This document shows, piece after piece, positions 63,248 to 64,000 of a stretch of DNA of 64,000 nucleotides. The stretch lies in IMG/VR virus record IMGVR_UViG_2861736478_000001, positions 1 to 64,000 of that record; one strand, written 5' to 3'. Below the pieces are notes generated by a model. The model was not told where the DNA came from. It did not search any database and saw only the letters and a list, made by a program, of their open reading frames with translations. The translations under genes and the position numbers were made by a program. This DNA is from a virus (lineage: Duplodnaviria > Caudoviricetes). Position 1 is the first letter of the stretch; every line of letters starts with the position of its first letter.

Positions 63248-64000
63248 ATGGCGATCAACGTCGGCGAGCTGTTCATCCTGCTCGACCTGCGCGACACCAT
63301 GTCCGCCAAGCTCCAGCGGGCGTTCGTCCGAAGCCGCACGTCGGCCACGGACTTCGGGACCCGCCTCAGCAGAGTGACCGGCGGCGCGGTCCAGTCGCTC
63401 ACCTCCACCGCCGTGGCGGCCACCGCCACGGCGGTCAAGTTCGCTGTCCTGGCCGCCGCCGCGGCTTCGACCGCCGGCCACCTCCAGGCCCTCGGCGTCG
63501 CTCTGGCCCCGGCGGGCGGCATCATCGCCGCGCTCCCGGGGGTGGCCGCCCTTGGCGCCGCAGGGCTGGCCACGCTCGCACTGGCCTTCCGGGGTGTCGG
63601 TGACGCCGCGACCGCAGCTCTGGGCGACGACGCGGAGGCGTTCCAGGAGTCGCTCGCGGGCCTGTCGCGTGAAGCTCAGGGCGCAGCGCGGGAACTGCGG
63701 CAGCTCAAGCCCGTCGTCGACGGCCTGCGCCTTTCGGTGCAAGACGCCTTCTTCGCCCCGCTCGCGGGACAAATCGCAGCCGTTGCTGACGCACTTTCCG
63801 CAAGCGTTTCCGCTGGCATGTCAGCCGTTGCGGCGCAGTTCGGCCTCGCCGGTCTGGCGGTCGCGGACTTCCTTCGCACCGCGGAGACCGCGTCTGCTGT
63901 GGAGGCCGTGTTCGGGTCGCTGGCCGATGCCATCGCCGCGCTCACCCCCGCGATCCAGCCCGTCGCCGCAGGTCTGCGAGACCTTGTCGTAGTCGGCGCG
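63248..64000 (+). CDS. Tape measure protein 2 (partial, runs off the window; absent from ORF track)
   Basis: GGGAGGTG RBS; open frame MAINVGELFILLDLRD...AALPGVAALG..GLATL.LAF.GVGDA...SVQDAFFAPL to the window end. Confidence 0.85.
   Translation, partial: MAINVGELFILLDLRDTMSAKLQRAFVRSRTSATDFGTRLSRVTGGAVQSLTSTAVAATATAVKFAVLAAAAASTAGHLQALGVALAPAGGIIAALPGVAALGAAGLATLALAFRGVGDAATAALGDDAEAFQESLAGLSREAQGAARELRQLKPVVDGLRLSVQDAFFAPLAGQIAAVADALSASVSAGMSAVAAQFGLAGLAVADFLRTAETASAVEAVFGSLADAIAALTPAIQPVAAGLRDLVVVGA

Larger units (their letters stand above)
1..64000 (+). mobile_element. Temperate actinophage/prophage (siphovirus-like), extends beyond both window edges
   Basis: Ordered terminase-portal-minor capsid-scaffold-capsid-connector-tail-tape measure module, CI/Cro-like switch, YqaJ/RecT, RusA, WhiB, long trains of (A/G)TGA-coupled small ORFs. 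Confidence 0.97.

Noticed and set aside
61153-63603. 816-aa Arg-rich plus-strand ORF overlapping the tape measure
   Set aside because: Alternate-frame artefact with Arg/Gly/Pro composition typical of off-frame GC-rich sequence
1-64000. tRNA/tmRNA genes, att sites, IS elements, reverse transcriptase/DGR, lysis genes
   Set aside because: No cloverleaf or T-loop consensus, transposase or RT motifs, or endolysin/holin cassette seen by eye; tRNAscan/ARAGORN and flanking sequence would be needed to exclude them

Overview
The whole window is one GC-rich (~68-70% by eye) temperate actinophage or prophage, probably siphovirus-like. The host is probably a filamentous actinomycete; Streptosporangiales is my inference from family-typical proteins. 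Neither genome end, an att site nor the lysis module is visible. Layout: (1) 1-13.3 kb, a rightward early arm with plasmid-like and host-like genes (ArdC-like, DUF3560-N6 methyltransferase, HU, tandem-RHH protein, DUF2786, RNAP alpha-CTD-like, DEDD exonuclease, DnaN). (2) 13.3-21 kb, a dense regulatory island (2H phosphoesterase + XRE-TPR, XRE-DUF5753/DUF397, secreted peptide + 2TM + TrmB-LuxR, CI-like/Cro-like switch). (3) 21-34.7 kb, recombination and replication (YqaJ, RecT-like, SPFH, RNA ligase, RusA, WhiB, initiator + iteron origin). (4) 35-44 kb, morons (collagen-like surface protein, Cre-like recombinase, PadR locus, DUF349 fusion). (5) 44-46.5 kb, a ParB / ABC-ATPase-GNAT / ASCH locus. 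(6) 46.5-64 kb, virion genes. Most notable: a phage-wide palindromic operator GCAAGC-N6-GCTTGC in front of early and late genes, a candidate peptide-signalling cassette beside the lysogeny switch, a minor capsid protein fused to both a kinase-like and an ADP-ribosyltransferase domain, and two different tape-measure genes in tandem. The portal gene carries a 1-bp frameshift (decay or sequencing error). All family calls come from motif recognition by eye, not database searches.
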